DNA from: an uncultured Bacteroidota bacterium
GTDB taxonomy: Bacteria; Bacteroidota; Bacteroidia; Bacteroidales; WCHB1-69
Direction: 5' to 3'
Assembly: GCA_902796805.1 (NCBI GenBank)
Contig: CADBQG010000001.1
Location: forward strand, 33,106-97,105
Length of the DNA stretch: 64,000 nt
Part shown: piece after piece, positions 19,301-27,246 of the stretch
Layout: each line of letters begins with the position of its first letter
How positions within the stretch are numbered: position 1 is the stretch's first letter
The notes under the pieces: model-generated
Databases searched by the model: none
What the model saw: the letters and a program-made list of their open reading frames with translations, nothing else
What the model was told of the DNA's origin: nothing
Program-made: the position numbers and the translations under genes

Positions 19301-20808
19301 ACTACAAGTTCACCGCTGTGAACGCGGAGTTCGACTTCTCCAAGAACATAATTTTCGCCCACGGCGTGCGCTGTATAAATGTTGGCGATGCCGCCATTAC
19401 GCCGCTCCACGGCGACGTGACGATACGCAAGATGGCAAGGATGGACATTCTCGAGAAATCGCGTATCCTCGCCGGGCGAGAGAACAAGTACCACGAGTTA
19501 TATAACTGCACGACCAGAATCCAGAGCGCGACCAAATTCTACGCCAATGGCTACTACGACTATGTTGACGAGATGAACAGGGTTCAAACCATATATTTCG
19601 ACACTGTATATTTCATGAAGGAGACTTTCGGGGAGGCGAAGATACCGCTGGAGAAGGACTTTCATTTCAGCGACCAGTTCGCTTTCGACGGGCGGGCCGA
19701 GCTGCACAGCAACAATCAGTTCCTGTCTTATTTCGGCGGTGTTGAGATAATCCACGGCTGCGACTCGGTGAAGCACGCCCGCATGAAGATCCTGCAGCAG
19801 GTGGACCCCAACAACATAATGCTCCAGGTTCACGACCGCACGAAGGACATGAACGAGAGGAAGGTTGTTGTGGCCATAGCCTCCAGCAATAAAACCGGGC
19901 GGATCTACACCGCTTTCGGCGTGGCCAAGGACGAGTTCAACGACGCTGAATACATAAACGTTTTCGGATACATAACCTACGACAAGGAGAAAAGGCAGTT
20001 CAAGGCCGCCTCGCTCGAGAAACTGCAGGACCCCACAGTGCCGGGCAACATCATAACCCTCAACATCGACAATTGCGAGTCGCACGGCAGCGGCGCAATC
20101 GACATGGGGACGAAGTTGGGACGCGTTGACTTTGTGACCAATGGTACGATTATAAACTACATGTCTGTGGATTCGGCGGAGATGCACCTCACAACTTCCA
20201 TCGATTTCTTCTTCAACGACGAGTCGATGAGATTGATGAACAAGGCTTTGGAGAGCGCGGCGCTCGACTTTGTGGATGTCTCAGGAGACGAGGCCTACGA
20301 TGTGGCATTGTACAACATTCTCGGCAAGACCGAATACGAACGCTATCAGCGGAGCGTGGCGCTTGGCCAGAACCGCCGCCTGCCCGACGCACTCCAGGTG
20401 AAGTTCATGTTCTCGAACATCGATTTCGAGTGGGACAAGGATCAATCCACCTTCAAGTCGCAGACCCGTCTTCCACTCATAATTTGCGGTGCCAAGACTG
20501 CGTACAAGATGGTGCCTGGGCGCATAGTGATAGAGAAGCGCGGCTCGAGAAACAGGCTTTACCTTTATTTTGAAATCGACAACCAGTTCTATTATTTCCA
20601 GTTCGACAACAATGCCGTTTCGGCGTTCTCTTCCGACAAGGCCTTCAACGACGCCATATCCGGGGTGAAGCCCAAGAACCGTTTCCAGTCTCCCGACCCG
20701 TCGAAGAACCTGCCGTCGTTTACTTACAAATTGGGGAACAGAAGTCTCAAAAACAAGTTTGTAAAGAAGTATTTTGCCGACATTGAAGAGGAAAATGAGA
20801 CAGAATAG
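16336..20808 (+). CDS. Large secreted hypothetical protein (1490 aa)
   Basis: Signal peptide MIRKIGCFCAVMLLSAVSFAQ. Uninterrupted 4.5-kb ORF with no motif I recognise. Confidence 0.7.
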   Translation: MIRKIGCFCAVMLLSAVSFAQRFNSFSSDYSKTVEEMKEFFSSIPKDRQKEAKETLEFFEEFWTSRMDDANKAVFIEEANKMVKKKHRPIPHFQSFIKTYDSFLQSGYSSDVLVWQKILGYHIGRSSTFFQGKMSLYENFFKSNVLNYGDNVKWVASDHAKGLGFDTVPYLDFNGIDLWGYSAKDSLVVSGVSGRYYPDRLVFQAKGGTVTWDRAGLDRNVRAELGRYNVDLRFPRVVCENAVFHYPRLFSSPIVGKVEEKAVLPTSEEKATYPRFASNESSLTVKNLYKDVDYVGGFEMRGASIYGTGTGDTLARVSIYNEGQVIISAASRSFLIKPTNLISEDSKVSIYIENDSIYHPAANFKYDNEKKSLLISRPKQGVGRSPFFDSYHKLDMYVESVQWVTTEKRIELKPIVGNTSDQKAYFESQNFYEEGVMHEIAGYNAVNPLYTLWQLFNSAGYEDLTIEDVIRWFNKPPLDIKAMMIDFAARGFIEYDVNHNRIHYRSKIAQYLNNQVKKKDYDYIKLESKTHYASFDLVTNDLKITGCEFFVLSDPQIVNVYPMNELVTVKKNRDMVFSGRVIGGLFDFVTHNCKFDYERFLVDMDEIDTLIMYVEDKDGPMDMYGDYKLQRVRSQIEELSGVLYIDAPGNKSGMTDYPDYPIFEARKGGKVFYDQQYVLGGVYDRNRFFYSVNQFRIVNLDNFVIDSMKFTGALVSGNIFPDIAEPLQVQPDFSLGFVHNTGGLPMYGTKGSYKGRISLSNKGLRGRGDIDYITSHTYSDSIVFYLDSTNGKANSHRVEEQLAGVEFPPASVDDAYLHWEPYQDRMFVHTRKKPMDIFQEAELVGNSKITPHGMFGSGVVNFNRADISSRNFEFKHHEILSDTANLRIYDISGGKDVAFSTDNYNSHIDFKTRKGHFLANGEASVVYFVQNEIKAKSSEFEWDPIDSTVLRFKWDDPFKNTDIDNTSIKDLVDMQSVGNELYAVAPEVNYKFTAVNAEFDFSKNIIFAHGVRCINVGDAAITPLHGDVTIRKMARMDILEKSRILAGRENKYHELYNCTTRIQSATKFYANGYYDYVDEMNRVQTIYFDTVYFMKETFGEAKIPLEKDFHFSDQFAFDGRAELHSNNQFLSYFGGVEIIHGCDSVKHARMKILQQVDPNNIMLQVHDRTKDMNERKVVVAIASSNKTGRIYTAFGVAKDEFNDAEYINVFGYITYDKEKRQFKAASLEKLQDPTVPGNIITLNIDNCESHGSGAIDMGTKLGRVDFVTNGTIINYMSVDSAEMHLTTSIDFFFNDESMRLMNKALESAALDFVDVSGDEAYDVALYNILGKTEYERYQRSVALGQNRRLPDALQVKFMFSNIDFEWDKDQSTFKSQTRLPLIICGAKTAYKMVPGRIVIEKRGSRNRLYLYFEIDNQFYYFQFDNNAVSAFSSDKAFNDAISGVKPKNRFQSPDPSKNLPSFTYKLGNRSLKNKFVKKYFADIEEENETE

Positions 20809-21832
20809 CACAGAAGGAAAGATATGGATTGCAGGACCGTGCGCGGCCGAGAGCGAGGAGCAGGTTTTTGAGACGGCGCGACGGCTCTTCGAGAAGGCAA
20901 AGCAGAGTAGCATAGAGCTGTTTGCGTACCGCGCGGGTGCCTGGAAAGTGAGAAGCGCTCCGGGCGGCTTCGAGGGTGCCGGCGAACGCGCCCTGTCATG
21001 GCTCAAGGAGGTGCAGGATTCGTTCAAGACACCCGTGTGCGTTGAGGTGGTGAACCCCGGCCAGGTTGAGAAATGCGCCGACCACGGAATCCGTATGTTC
21101 TGGATCGGCGCCCGGACGTCGGTGAACCCTGCGGAGGTGCAGTCCATAGCCGACGCCGTCAGAAACACCGACTTCACCGTCATGGTGAAAAATCCGATTA
21201 TTCCCGACCTTAAACTCTGGATAGGAAACATAGAACGTTTCATAAAAGCCGGTGTAAAGTCTGTGATGGCCGTCCACAGGGGATTTTCGGATGTGTCGGA
21301 AAATGTCCTGAGGAACGCACCTTTGTGGGAGATTCCCATTGACTTGAAAGTTAGAATGCCCGAACTTCCCATTTTGTGCGACCCCTCGCATATATGCGGT
21401 CGCCGCGACTGGATTGCCCAGATAGCCCAGACGGCACTTAATTACGGGTTCAACGGCCTTATGGTAGAGGCACACTGTTGCCCCGAGAACGCCCTTTCCG
21501 ACTCGCTACAGCAGCTTACGCCGGAACAATGGGCAAGCCTTGTAAGCGGTCTCTCCCTGCGTTCGGAGACCCCAAACATTGAATTGGAAAAACTCCGTTC
21601 AAAGTTGCAAAACATCGACAGCCAGATCAGCGAACTCCTCTATCAAAGGATGTCTGTTGTTGACGAGATCGCGATGGTGAAGCGTGAGAACAACATCTCG
21701 GTGGTGCAGCCGCTGCAGTGGGAACACGTGGTGCAGAGATACAGAAAACACACTGATGATGCTTGTTATCAGAGGTTCATAGACGAGTTTCTGGAAATAC
21801 TCCATCAGAACTCCATAAAAAGGCAGAGATAG
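20795..21832 (+). CDS. Bifunctional 3-deoxy-7-phosphoheptulonate synthase / chorismate mutase type II
   Basis: N-terminal IAGPCAAESEEQV (KDSA/DAHPS-type) and a C-terminal helical CM module (LRSKLQNIDSQISELLYQRMSVVDEIAMVK). Confidence 0.8.
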   Translation: MRQNSTEGKIWIAGPCAAESEEQVFETARRLFEKAKQSSIELFAYRAGAWKVRSAPGGFEGAGERALSWLKEVQDSFKTPVCVEVVNPGQVEKCADHGIRMFWIGARTSVNPAEVQSIADAVRNTDFTVMVKNPIIPDLKLWIGNIERFIKAGVKSVMAVHRGFSDVSENVLRNAPLWEIPIDLKVRMPELPILCDPSHICGRRDWIAQIAQTALNYGFNGLMVEAHCCPENALSDSLQQLTPEQWASLVSGLSLRSETPNIELEKLRSKLQNIDSQISELLYQRMSVVDEIAMVKRENNISVVQPLQWEHVVQRYRKHTDDACYQRFIDEFLEILHQNSIKRQR

Positions 21833-22033
21833 CCGAGGCCTGGCTTTTCGGTTAGCGGTGAGTGTCTCTAAAAATTTCTGAAAAATAAGCCTTCTTTTTG
21901 CAGAAGTGCTTGCAGAACGAAAAGCGGTTTCTTCATTAAAGTATCTGATGATTTGACAATGTTTTGATTTTCAATTTGTTATAAATATCTATTCAAAAGA
22001 AAAAAAATATTTTTCCTATTTTAATAAAAAATG

Positions 22034-22041
22034 TAATTTTG
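22034..22041 (+). promoter_or_regulatory. Candidate -7 box TAATTTTG (GTAATTTTGCG)
   Basis: TAnnTTTG match, 39 nt upstream of the ferredoxin ATG. Confidence 0.45.
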
Positions 22042-22079
22042 CGGTCAAACAAACAACAACAAATTAAACAAATTACATT

Positions 22080-22250
22080 ATGGCTTACAAAATCAACGAA
22101 GACCTTTGCGCTGCATGCGGCACTTGCATAGGTGAATGTCCGCAGGAGGCAATCTCCGAAGGTGCAGCTTATTCGATTAACCCCGACCTCTGCATCGAGT
22201 GCGGTGCATGTGCTGACGTTTGTCCATGCGAGGCAATCAGCCTTGAGTAG
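22080..22250 (+). CDS. 2x[4Fe-4S] ferredoxin (56 aa; not in supplied ORF track)
   Basis: My translation is MAYKINEDLCAACGTCIGECPQEAISEGAAYSINPDLCIECGACADVCPCEAISLE*. It has two CxxCxxCxxxCP motifs. Confidence 0.88.
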   Translation: MAYKINEDLCAACGTCIGECPQEAISEGAAYSINPDLCIECGACADVCPCEAISLE

Positions 22251-22274
22251 TCCTTGTGTTAAATAGAACAAGAT

Positions 22275-22347
22275 TTAGGAGGCGCGGTTATTCGCGCCTT
22301 CCTTTGTTTTTGGGCAGTGTGTTGAGCTTTGCCGCCGCCTTCCAGAA
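22275..22347. repeat. Direct repeat copy 1 (73 bp)
   Basis: 68/73 positions are identical to 23179-23251 by hand alignment. On the minus strand it encodes a remnant ...FWKAAAKLNTLPKNKGRRE*, matching the C-terminus of the 23192-24145 gene. Confidence 0.85.
22278..22311 (+). terminator. Hairpin plus T-run terminator after ferredoxin
   Basis: GGAGGCGCG-gttatt-CGCGCCTTCC followed by TTTGTTTTT. Confidence 0.6.
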
Positions 22348-22390
22348 AGGATTTTTTGTATCTTCGCGCCCTGATTTTAAAATCAAATTT

Positions 22391-22657
22391 ATGACAGGAA
22401 GAAAGACAGTTTTGTTGTGCGGGGTTGTGGCGTTGCTGCTCTGCTCCGCATCGTGCTCGAAGGATGACGGGCTGCGCAACACTCTTTCACAGCAGACAAG
22501 AGACAACGACTGTAAAGAAGAGATGTTGGTACTCGGCAAAGAAATTGTTGACCCTTATTGCTTAACTGTGATGCAAAAAGCTTTTGAGACCACGAACCAA
22601 GCAAAAGCCCCCATATCAAAAATCACGCCCAATCACAAGAAAGGGGGGGGGAAATGA
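22391..22657 (+). CDS. Small putative lipoprotein (88 aa), possibly an N-terminal gene remnant
   Basis: MTGRKTVLLCGVVALLLCSASC lipobox. Ends KKGGGK* right after a G9 tract. Its stop overlaps the next ATG (ATGA). Confidence 0.45.
   Translation: MTGRKTVLLCGVVALLLCSASCSKDDGLRNTLSQQTRDNDCKEEMLVLGKEIVDPYCLTVMQKAFETTNQAKAPISKITPNHKKGGGK
22643..22651. repeat. G9 homopolymer
   Basis: Nine consecutive G, read directly at the junction of the two small ORFs. Confidence 0.9.
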
Positions 22658-23133
22658 ATTGTATTAAAGAAAAAACTTTCACTATTCTTTTTATTTTTTT
22701 AGGGTTTTGCTGTTTAGGAGTTGCGTGTGACCCGGCTTATTCAGACAAATATAACATTAGAAATTCTTTAGACTCACCTATAATTGTAGTAAAAGAGACA
22801 TTGCAAGGAAATTTAGATTCCACAAAAATAAATCCCGGAGAAAGTACTTTGATTTACGAAGAATACGGTATGGGTTCTTCCACGTTTATAACTTTATCAG
22901 AATATTGTGGATTATTCTACTCAACCAATTGCATATATTCAGTTATATTTTCCGACGGGGCAGTTCTACAATGGAACTCCGCAAACAGTATGTCATTCCC
23001 AAAACATCCTGCTTTAAAGAAATATTGGAGAGTACTTAAAGGTATTGACAAAAAATGGCGTGATGATTACGAGGTTGAATACACTGTTGACGAGGAGGAC
23101 TACCGCAACGCGCTGGCGCAGAGTGGCTTTTAG
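22654..23133 (+). CDS. Hypothetical lipoprotein (159 aa), AT-rich
   Basis: Signal with lipobox FLGFCCLGVAC. Composition is clearly lower in GC than its neighbours. Confidence 0.55.
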   Translation: MNCIKEKTFTILFIFLGFCCLGVACDPAYSDKYNIRNSLDSPIIVVKETLQGNLDSTKINPGESTLIYEEYGMGSSTFITLSEYCGLFYSTNCIYSVIFSDGAVLQWNSANSMSFPKHPALKKYWRVLKGIDKKWRDDYEVEYTVDEEDYRNALAQSGF

Positions 23134-23184
23134 AGTTTAGAGCTTGGAACTTAGAGTTTGGAACTTAGAGCCTGGAGATTAGGA
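23130..23184. repeat. 14-bp tandem repeat TTAGAG(Y)(Y)TGGA(A/G)(C/A), about 3.5 units
   Basis: Units start at 23137, 23151, 23165 and 23179 (TTAGAGCTTGGAAC / TTAGAGTTTGGAAC / TTAGAGCCTGGAGA / TTAGGAGG...), with a partial unit at 23130. Confidence 0.8.
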
Positions 23185-23251
23185 GGCGCGGTCATCTGCG
23201 CCTCCCTTTGTTTTTGGGCAGTGTGTTGAGTTTTGCCGCCGCCTTCCAGAA
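23179..23251. repeat. Direct repeat copy 2 (73 bp)
   Basis: Pairs with 22275-22347 at an offset of 904 bp. Contains the hairpin GGAGGCGC-ggtcatct-GCGCCTCC plus a T-run, and the true stop and 3' end of the 23192-24145 gene. Confidence 0.85.
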
Positions 23252-24145
23252 CAGGTTTTTGTAGATATTCAGTGCGGTGAGGCTGTAGGGCGCGCTGCCG
23301 AATCCCCTGTACATCCTGGCTACATCTGGGTTCGTGGAGCCGTTGAAGTCCAGTGTGAGGCCGGAGTTGGCGTGATGCCTGATGAATCTGTCGATGAGAA
23401 AGAACATCGGTTTTCCGGCGGAGAGTCTGTTGTCGCGCCCCGAGAACCAGAACCAGAGCCTTCCGCCGTCGCGCACGAACAGAGCGCCCGCGGCAAGCCT
23501 GCCGTCACGGGTGAACACAGACCAGGTCTCGCACAGGCCCGAGTCGGAAAGATGATGAGCTATTGTTGCAAGCCTTGCGTAGTCGCTGTCTGTGAAGCCT
23601 ACATGGCTGTCCCTGCCGCGGTTGTTACGGAACAGTGTAATTATCTCTCCGATGTTGCAAGTGCCGTTCCCGAGTGTGAGTCCGTGTTTTTCACCGTCTT
23701 TTATGTTGCGCCTCGTGTTGTTGGAGAAACCCTCCGCCAAATCCTCGTAGTTCCCTTCCAACGGGAGTTCGTAGTATGTGATGGTGCGTGAGCCGTTGTG
23801 TGAGAAGGCGTTTCCGGCGTTAAGTGTGAATTCCTCCAGCACGTAGGAGTCGGGGATATGTTCAAGAAAAGAAGAGACGAGGCTTTCGGTGCAGGGGATT
23901 TTTGAGAAGATGCCGAGTTGCGGGACGAAGTAGGGGTGGAACGCATAGCAGAACAGGAATTTTCTCCTTGTGGGCAGCGGCATCACGGCGGCGTAGTCGT
24001 CGAGTACGAGGGCGTGCCAGCGGTCAGGCGCAACGGCAAGGCTTAGGATTTCAAAGGTGGCGAACACTGTAGGAAACTGCGACTTCAATACGGTTTCGTC
24101 CCATTTCCGCCTGTCGACGTCTTCGTTATGCACAAAACGGATCAT
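23192..24145 (-). CDS. FemAB/GNAT-like acetyltransferase-fold protein (function uncertain)
   Basis: 317 aa. The overall pattern resembles Bacteroidota GNAT family (BioF2/FemAB-like) proteins as I recall them. It lies 2 nt downstream of gpsA. Confidence 0.5.
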   Translation of the reverse strand: MIRFVHNEDVDRRKWDETVLKSQFPTVFATFEILSLAVAPDRWHALVLDDYAAVMPLPTRRKFLFCYAFHPYFVPQLGIFSKIPCTESLVSSFLEHIPDSYVLEEFTLNAGNAFSHNGSRTITYYELPLEGNYEDLAEGFSNNTRRNIKDGEKHGLTLGNGTCNIGEIITLFRNNRGRDSHVGFTDSDYARLATIAHHLSDSGLCETWSVFTRDGRLAAGALFVRDGGRLWFWFSGRDNRLSAGKPMFFLIDRFIRHHANSGLTLDFNGSTNPDVARMYRGFGSAPYSLTALNIYKNLFWKAAAKLNTLPKNKGRRR

Positions 24146-24147
24146 GT

Positions 24148-25194
24148 CTAAATGAAGTGCTCGGCGATCCGTTTCATCTCTGAGGAGACGTTGTTGTTTT
24201 CGTAGAGGATTCCGTAGATGGTTTCAACGATAGGGATTTCCGCGCCTATCTTCTTGTTGATTTCGTGAACGCAGCGGCAGGCGGTGTATCCTTCCGACAC
24301 CATTCTGAGTTCCATGAGCGACACGCGCACGGAAAGCCCGTGGCCTATCATTATGCCGAACAGCCTGTTGCGGCTGAAGGTGGAGTATGCTGTCACGAGA
24401 AGGTCGCCGAGGTAAACGGAGTCGGAGATGTGGCGGTTCTCGTTTGGATAGACTTGTGATACGAAGTACTTCATCTCTTTGAGGCAGTTTGCCACGTAGG
24501 CCGCGATGAAGTTGTCGCCGTAGCCGAGTCCGCTGTAGATGCCGGCGCCGAGGGCGTAGATGTTCTTCAGCACGATGGCGAGCTCGGCGCCCATCACGTC
24601 GTTCGACACGGAGGTGCGGCAATATCTCGTGGTGAAGAAACGGGCCACGGTCTGCGCGAGCTCGGTGTTGGTTGAGGCGGCGGTCAGGAAGGTGAACTTC
24701 TCCTGCGCTATCTCCTCGGCATGCGAAGGGCCGCTGATGATGGCTAACGAGTCGAGCGGCACCCTGAACTGCGTCTGCATGTAGTCGCTGATGAGCTGCA
24801 TTGTCTCTGGCACGATGCCCTTCACTGCAAGCACGATCTTCTTCTTCGAGAGCTGCGAGCGCTTCAGCGGCTCAAGGGTCTTGTGCAGGTAGGCAGAGGG
24901 TGTGACGATGATGACGTAGTCGGCGCGCGAGACTGTGCTCTTGATGTCGGTGCTCACCTTCACGTCGTCGGGGTTTATGAACACCGAACTGAGGTATTTG
25001 GGGTTGTGCCCGTATTTCATTATGCTCTCGGCGATCTCCTCCTGCCTGATCCACCAGTGAATGTGCTCCAGGTTGACTGACAGAATCTTGATGATGGCCG
25101 TGGCCCAGCTCCCGCTGCCTATCACCGCCACGCGGTAGCGGGCGCGCGATTTCTTCCTGCGGAGCATTATCATCGAAGATGTCTTGTCGTTCAT
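24148..25194 (-). CDS. gpsA: NAD(P)H-dependent glycerol-3-phosphate dehydrogenase
   Basis: VAVIGSGSWATAI Rossmann motif and a GpsA-like C-terminal domain. Confidence 0.9.
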   Translation of the reverse strand: MNDKTSSMIMLRRKKSRARYRVAVIGSGSWATAIIKILSVNLEHIHWWIRQEEIAESIMKYGHNPKYLSSVFINPDDVKVSTDIKSTVSRADYVIIVTPSAYLHKTLEPLKRSQLSKKKIVLAVKGIVPETMQLISDYMQTQFRVPLDSLAIISGPSHAEEIAQEKFTFLTAASTNTELAQTVARFFTTRYCRTSVSNDVMGAELAIVLKNIYALGAGIYSGLGYGDNFIAAYVANCLKEMKYFVSQVYPNENRHISDSVYLGDLLVTAYSTFSRNRLFGIMIGHGLSVRVSLMELRMVSEGYTACRCVHEINKKIGAEIPIVETIYGILYENNNVSSEMKRIAEHFI

Positions 25195-25217
25195 TATTTT
25201 AACATTTTTTAAGCGTG

Positions 25218-25225
25218 CAAAGATA
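25218..25225 (-). promoter_or_regulatory. Candidate -7 box (TATCTTTG on minus strand) for gpsA
   Basis: TAnnTTTG match, 24 nt upstream of ATG 25194. Confidence 0.4.
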
Positions 25226-25297
25226 CAAAAAAAGTTTAACCATGCAACATGGTTGGTTGTAGATGGGAACGGTGGCAGGATTTTCGGGAATAAAGTG

Positions 25298-25305
25298 TAA
25301 TTTTG
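25298..25305 (+). promoter_or_regulatory. Candidate -7 box TAATTTTG (GTAATTTTGCG)
   Basis: TAnnTTTG match, 17 nt upstream of ATG 25322. Confidence 0.45.
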
Positions 25306-25321
25306 CGTCCTGATTTGTTTT

Positions 25322-27145
25322 ATGGAATACCTTAAAAGAATAGCGGGATACCTGAAGAACTACAAGTTGCATATTGCACTCATACTACTCGTGCAGTTGC
25401 TGTACGCTGTCTTCTCGGTCTTCACGCTTGCGATGCTCGTCCCGTTCCTGCAGGTTCTCTTCAACCAGGCGGAGATTGTTTCCGAACTCCCGAAGTTCAG
25501 TCCCGACCCCCGCTGCCTCATCGATTTTTTCTATTACTTGATGGGCAGGGTCATAGTCAGGAGCGGTCGCAGTGCGGCGTTGTTGTTCATAGCCTGCTTC
25601 ATGGTCGGCCTTTCCCTGCTTTCAAACCTCTGCAGGTATCTGGGGCTTCATCTGCTCTCGGGGATAAGGTCGGGGATTCTATACAACATGCGCGACGAGT
25701 TCTACAGGAAATTGGTGCGCCTGCCGTTCTCGTTTTATACGCGGATCCGCGCCGGCGACATAGTGAGCCGCGTGAGCGCCGACGTGCTTGAGGTAGAATG
25801 GACCGTGGTGTCATCCCTGATGATTCTTTGCAGAGATCCCTTCCTGATGCTGGCATATATTGCAACGCTTCTGTCAATAAATCTGAAACTCAGTGTTATA
25901 GCGATACTTATAATACCCATTATGGGCTATGTGCTTTCGGTGCTGGGCAAGAATATCCGCAATTATTCCATGCGCGCGCAGGAGAAAACCGGGAAAATTG
26001 CATCTTATTTTGTGGAGGCCGTTGACGGACTCAGGATAATAAAGGGATATAACGCACAGGATTACGTCTCAGGGCAGTTCAACCATGAAAACCTCAAGGT
26101 GTACAGATTGAACAAGAAGATCTTGCGGATAAAGGAAGCAGGTTCTCCATTGGTCGAATTTTTAAGTATTTTAACACTACTTGTGATCACGCTTGTCGGC
26201 CTGACGGCTTTCCCGAACGCATTTGCAGTGAAAGGCTCTTCGTTGTTGCTCTTTTTTGTGGTCTTTGCAAGGATGATACCGCCTGCCAAGTCGTTGGCCT
26301 CCACATACTACCAGATACAGAAAGGCGCGAGCGCGGCAAGCCGTGTCTATGAGGTAATAGACGCCGACACAGGCATTAAGGAGGTCCCCGACCCGAAACC
26401 CATCTCAGACTTCCGCGACTCGATAGTGTTCGACGACGTGTCGTTCTCCTACGGCGGTGACTCTTCCGCAATGGCCCTCAGGCACGTCAGTTTCGAGATA
26501 AAGAAAGGAGAGACCGTGGCAATTGTCGGGCCGTCGGGCGGGGGAAAGACCACGATAGCCAGCCTTCTGCCCAGGTTCTACGACCCGAACGATGGAAGGA
26601 TACTTGTTGACGGAGTTCCAAACGACTTTTACAAGATTGACGACCTGAGGGGCCTGTTCGGCATCGTCAGCCAGGAGGTTTTCCTTTTTGACGACACGAT
26701 ATACAACAACATGGTCTTCGGGCTTGAAGGCATTGGCGAGGCCGAGGTGGTGGAGGCCGCGAAGATAGCACGGGCGCACGACTTCATCATGGAGCTTGAA
26801 GACGGCTACCAGACCAGGGTCGGGAACAGGGGCATGAGGCTGTCGGGCGGACAGCGGCAGAGGCTTTGCATCGCCCGCGCACTACTCAGGGACCCGAAGA
26901 TAGTTATACTCGACGAGGCCACCTCGGCCTTAGACAACGAGTCGGAACTTCTGTTCCAGAAGGCGCTGTCGGCTTTTCTCGAAGGGAAAACCGCCATAGT
27001 GATTGCACACCGCCTCAGCACCATACGCGACGCCGACAAGATCATCTTCGTCAAGGACGGCGAAATCACCGAGACCGGCACGCACGGGCAGCTTATGGAA
27101 AAAAGGGGCGACTATTTCAACTTCTGCTCGATGCAGAAAATGTAA
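25322..27145 (+). CDS. ABC transporter, fused permease/ATP-binding protein (MsbA-like exporter)
   Basis: N-terminal 6-TM domain. Walker A GPSGGGKTT, signature LSGGQRQR, Walker B IVILDEATSALD. Confidence 0.9.
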   Translation: MEYLKRIAGYLKNYKLHIALILLVQLLYAVFSVFTLAMLVPFLQVLFNQAEIVSELPKFSPDPRCLIDFFYYLMGRVIVRSGRSAALLFIACFMVGLSLLSNLCRYLGLHLLSGIRSGILYNMRDEFYRKLVRLPFSFYTRIRAGDIVSRVSADVLEVEWTVVSSLMILCRDPFLMLAYIATLLSINLKLSVIAILIIPIMGYVLSVLGKNIRNYSMRAQEKTGKIASYFVEAVDGLRIIKGYNAQDYVSGQFNHENLKVYRLNKKILRIKEAGSPLVEFLSILTLLVITLVGLTAFPNAFAVKGSSLLLFFVVFARMIPPAKSLASTYYQIQKGASAASRVYEVIDADTGIKEVPDPKPISDFRDSIVFDDVSFSYGGDSSAMALRHVSFEIKKGETVAIVGPSGGGKTTIASLLPRFYDPNDGRILVDGVPNDFYKIDDLRGLFGIVSQEVFLFDDTIYNNMVFGLEGIGEAEVVEAAKIARAHDFIMELEDGYQTRVGNRGMRLSGGQRQRLCIARALLRDPKIVILDEATSALDNESELLFQKALSAFLEGKTAIVIAHRLSTIRDADKIIFVKDGEITETGTHGQLMEKRGDYFNFCSMQKM

Positions 27146-27246
27146 CAATAACGCACAATCAGCTGTTAAAAAACATTTTTTCAGGCAAATTATGATATTG
27201 CAAATAACGCTATATTTGCTCTTTTCAGTACAGTAAAAAACAGATT

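Noticed and set aside
20281-21372. 363-aa minus-strand ORF spanning the end of the 1490-aa gene and the DAHP synthase gene
   Set aside because: It is antisense to two well-supported plus-strand genes and has a Ser/Arg/Ala-rich composition, so I treat it as a shadow ORF.
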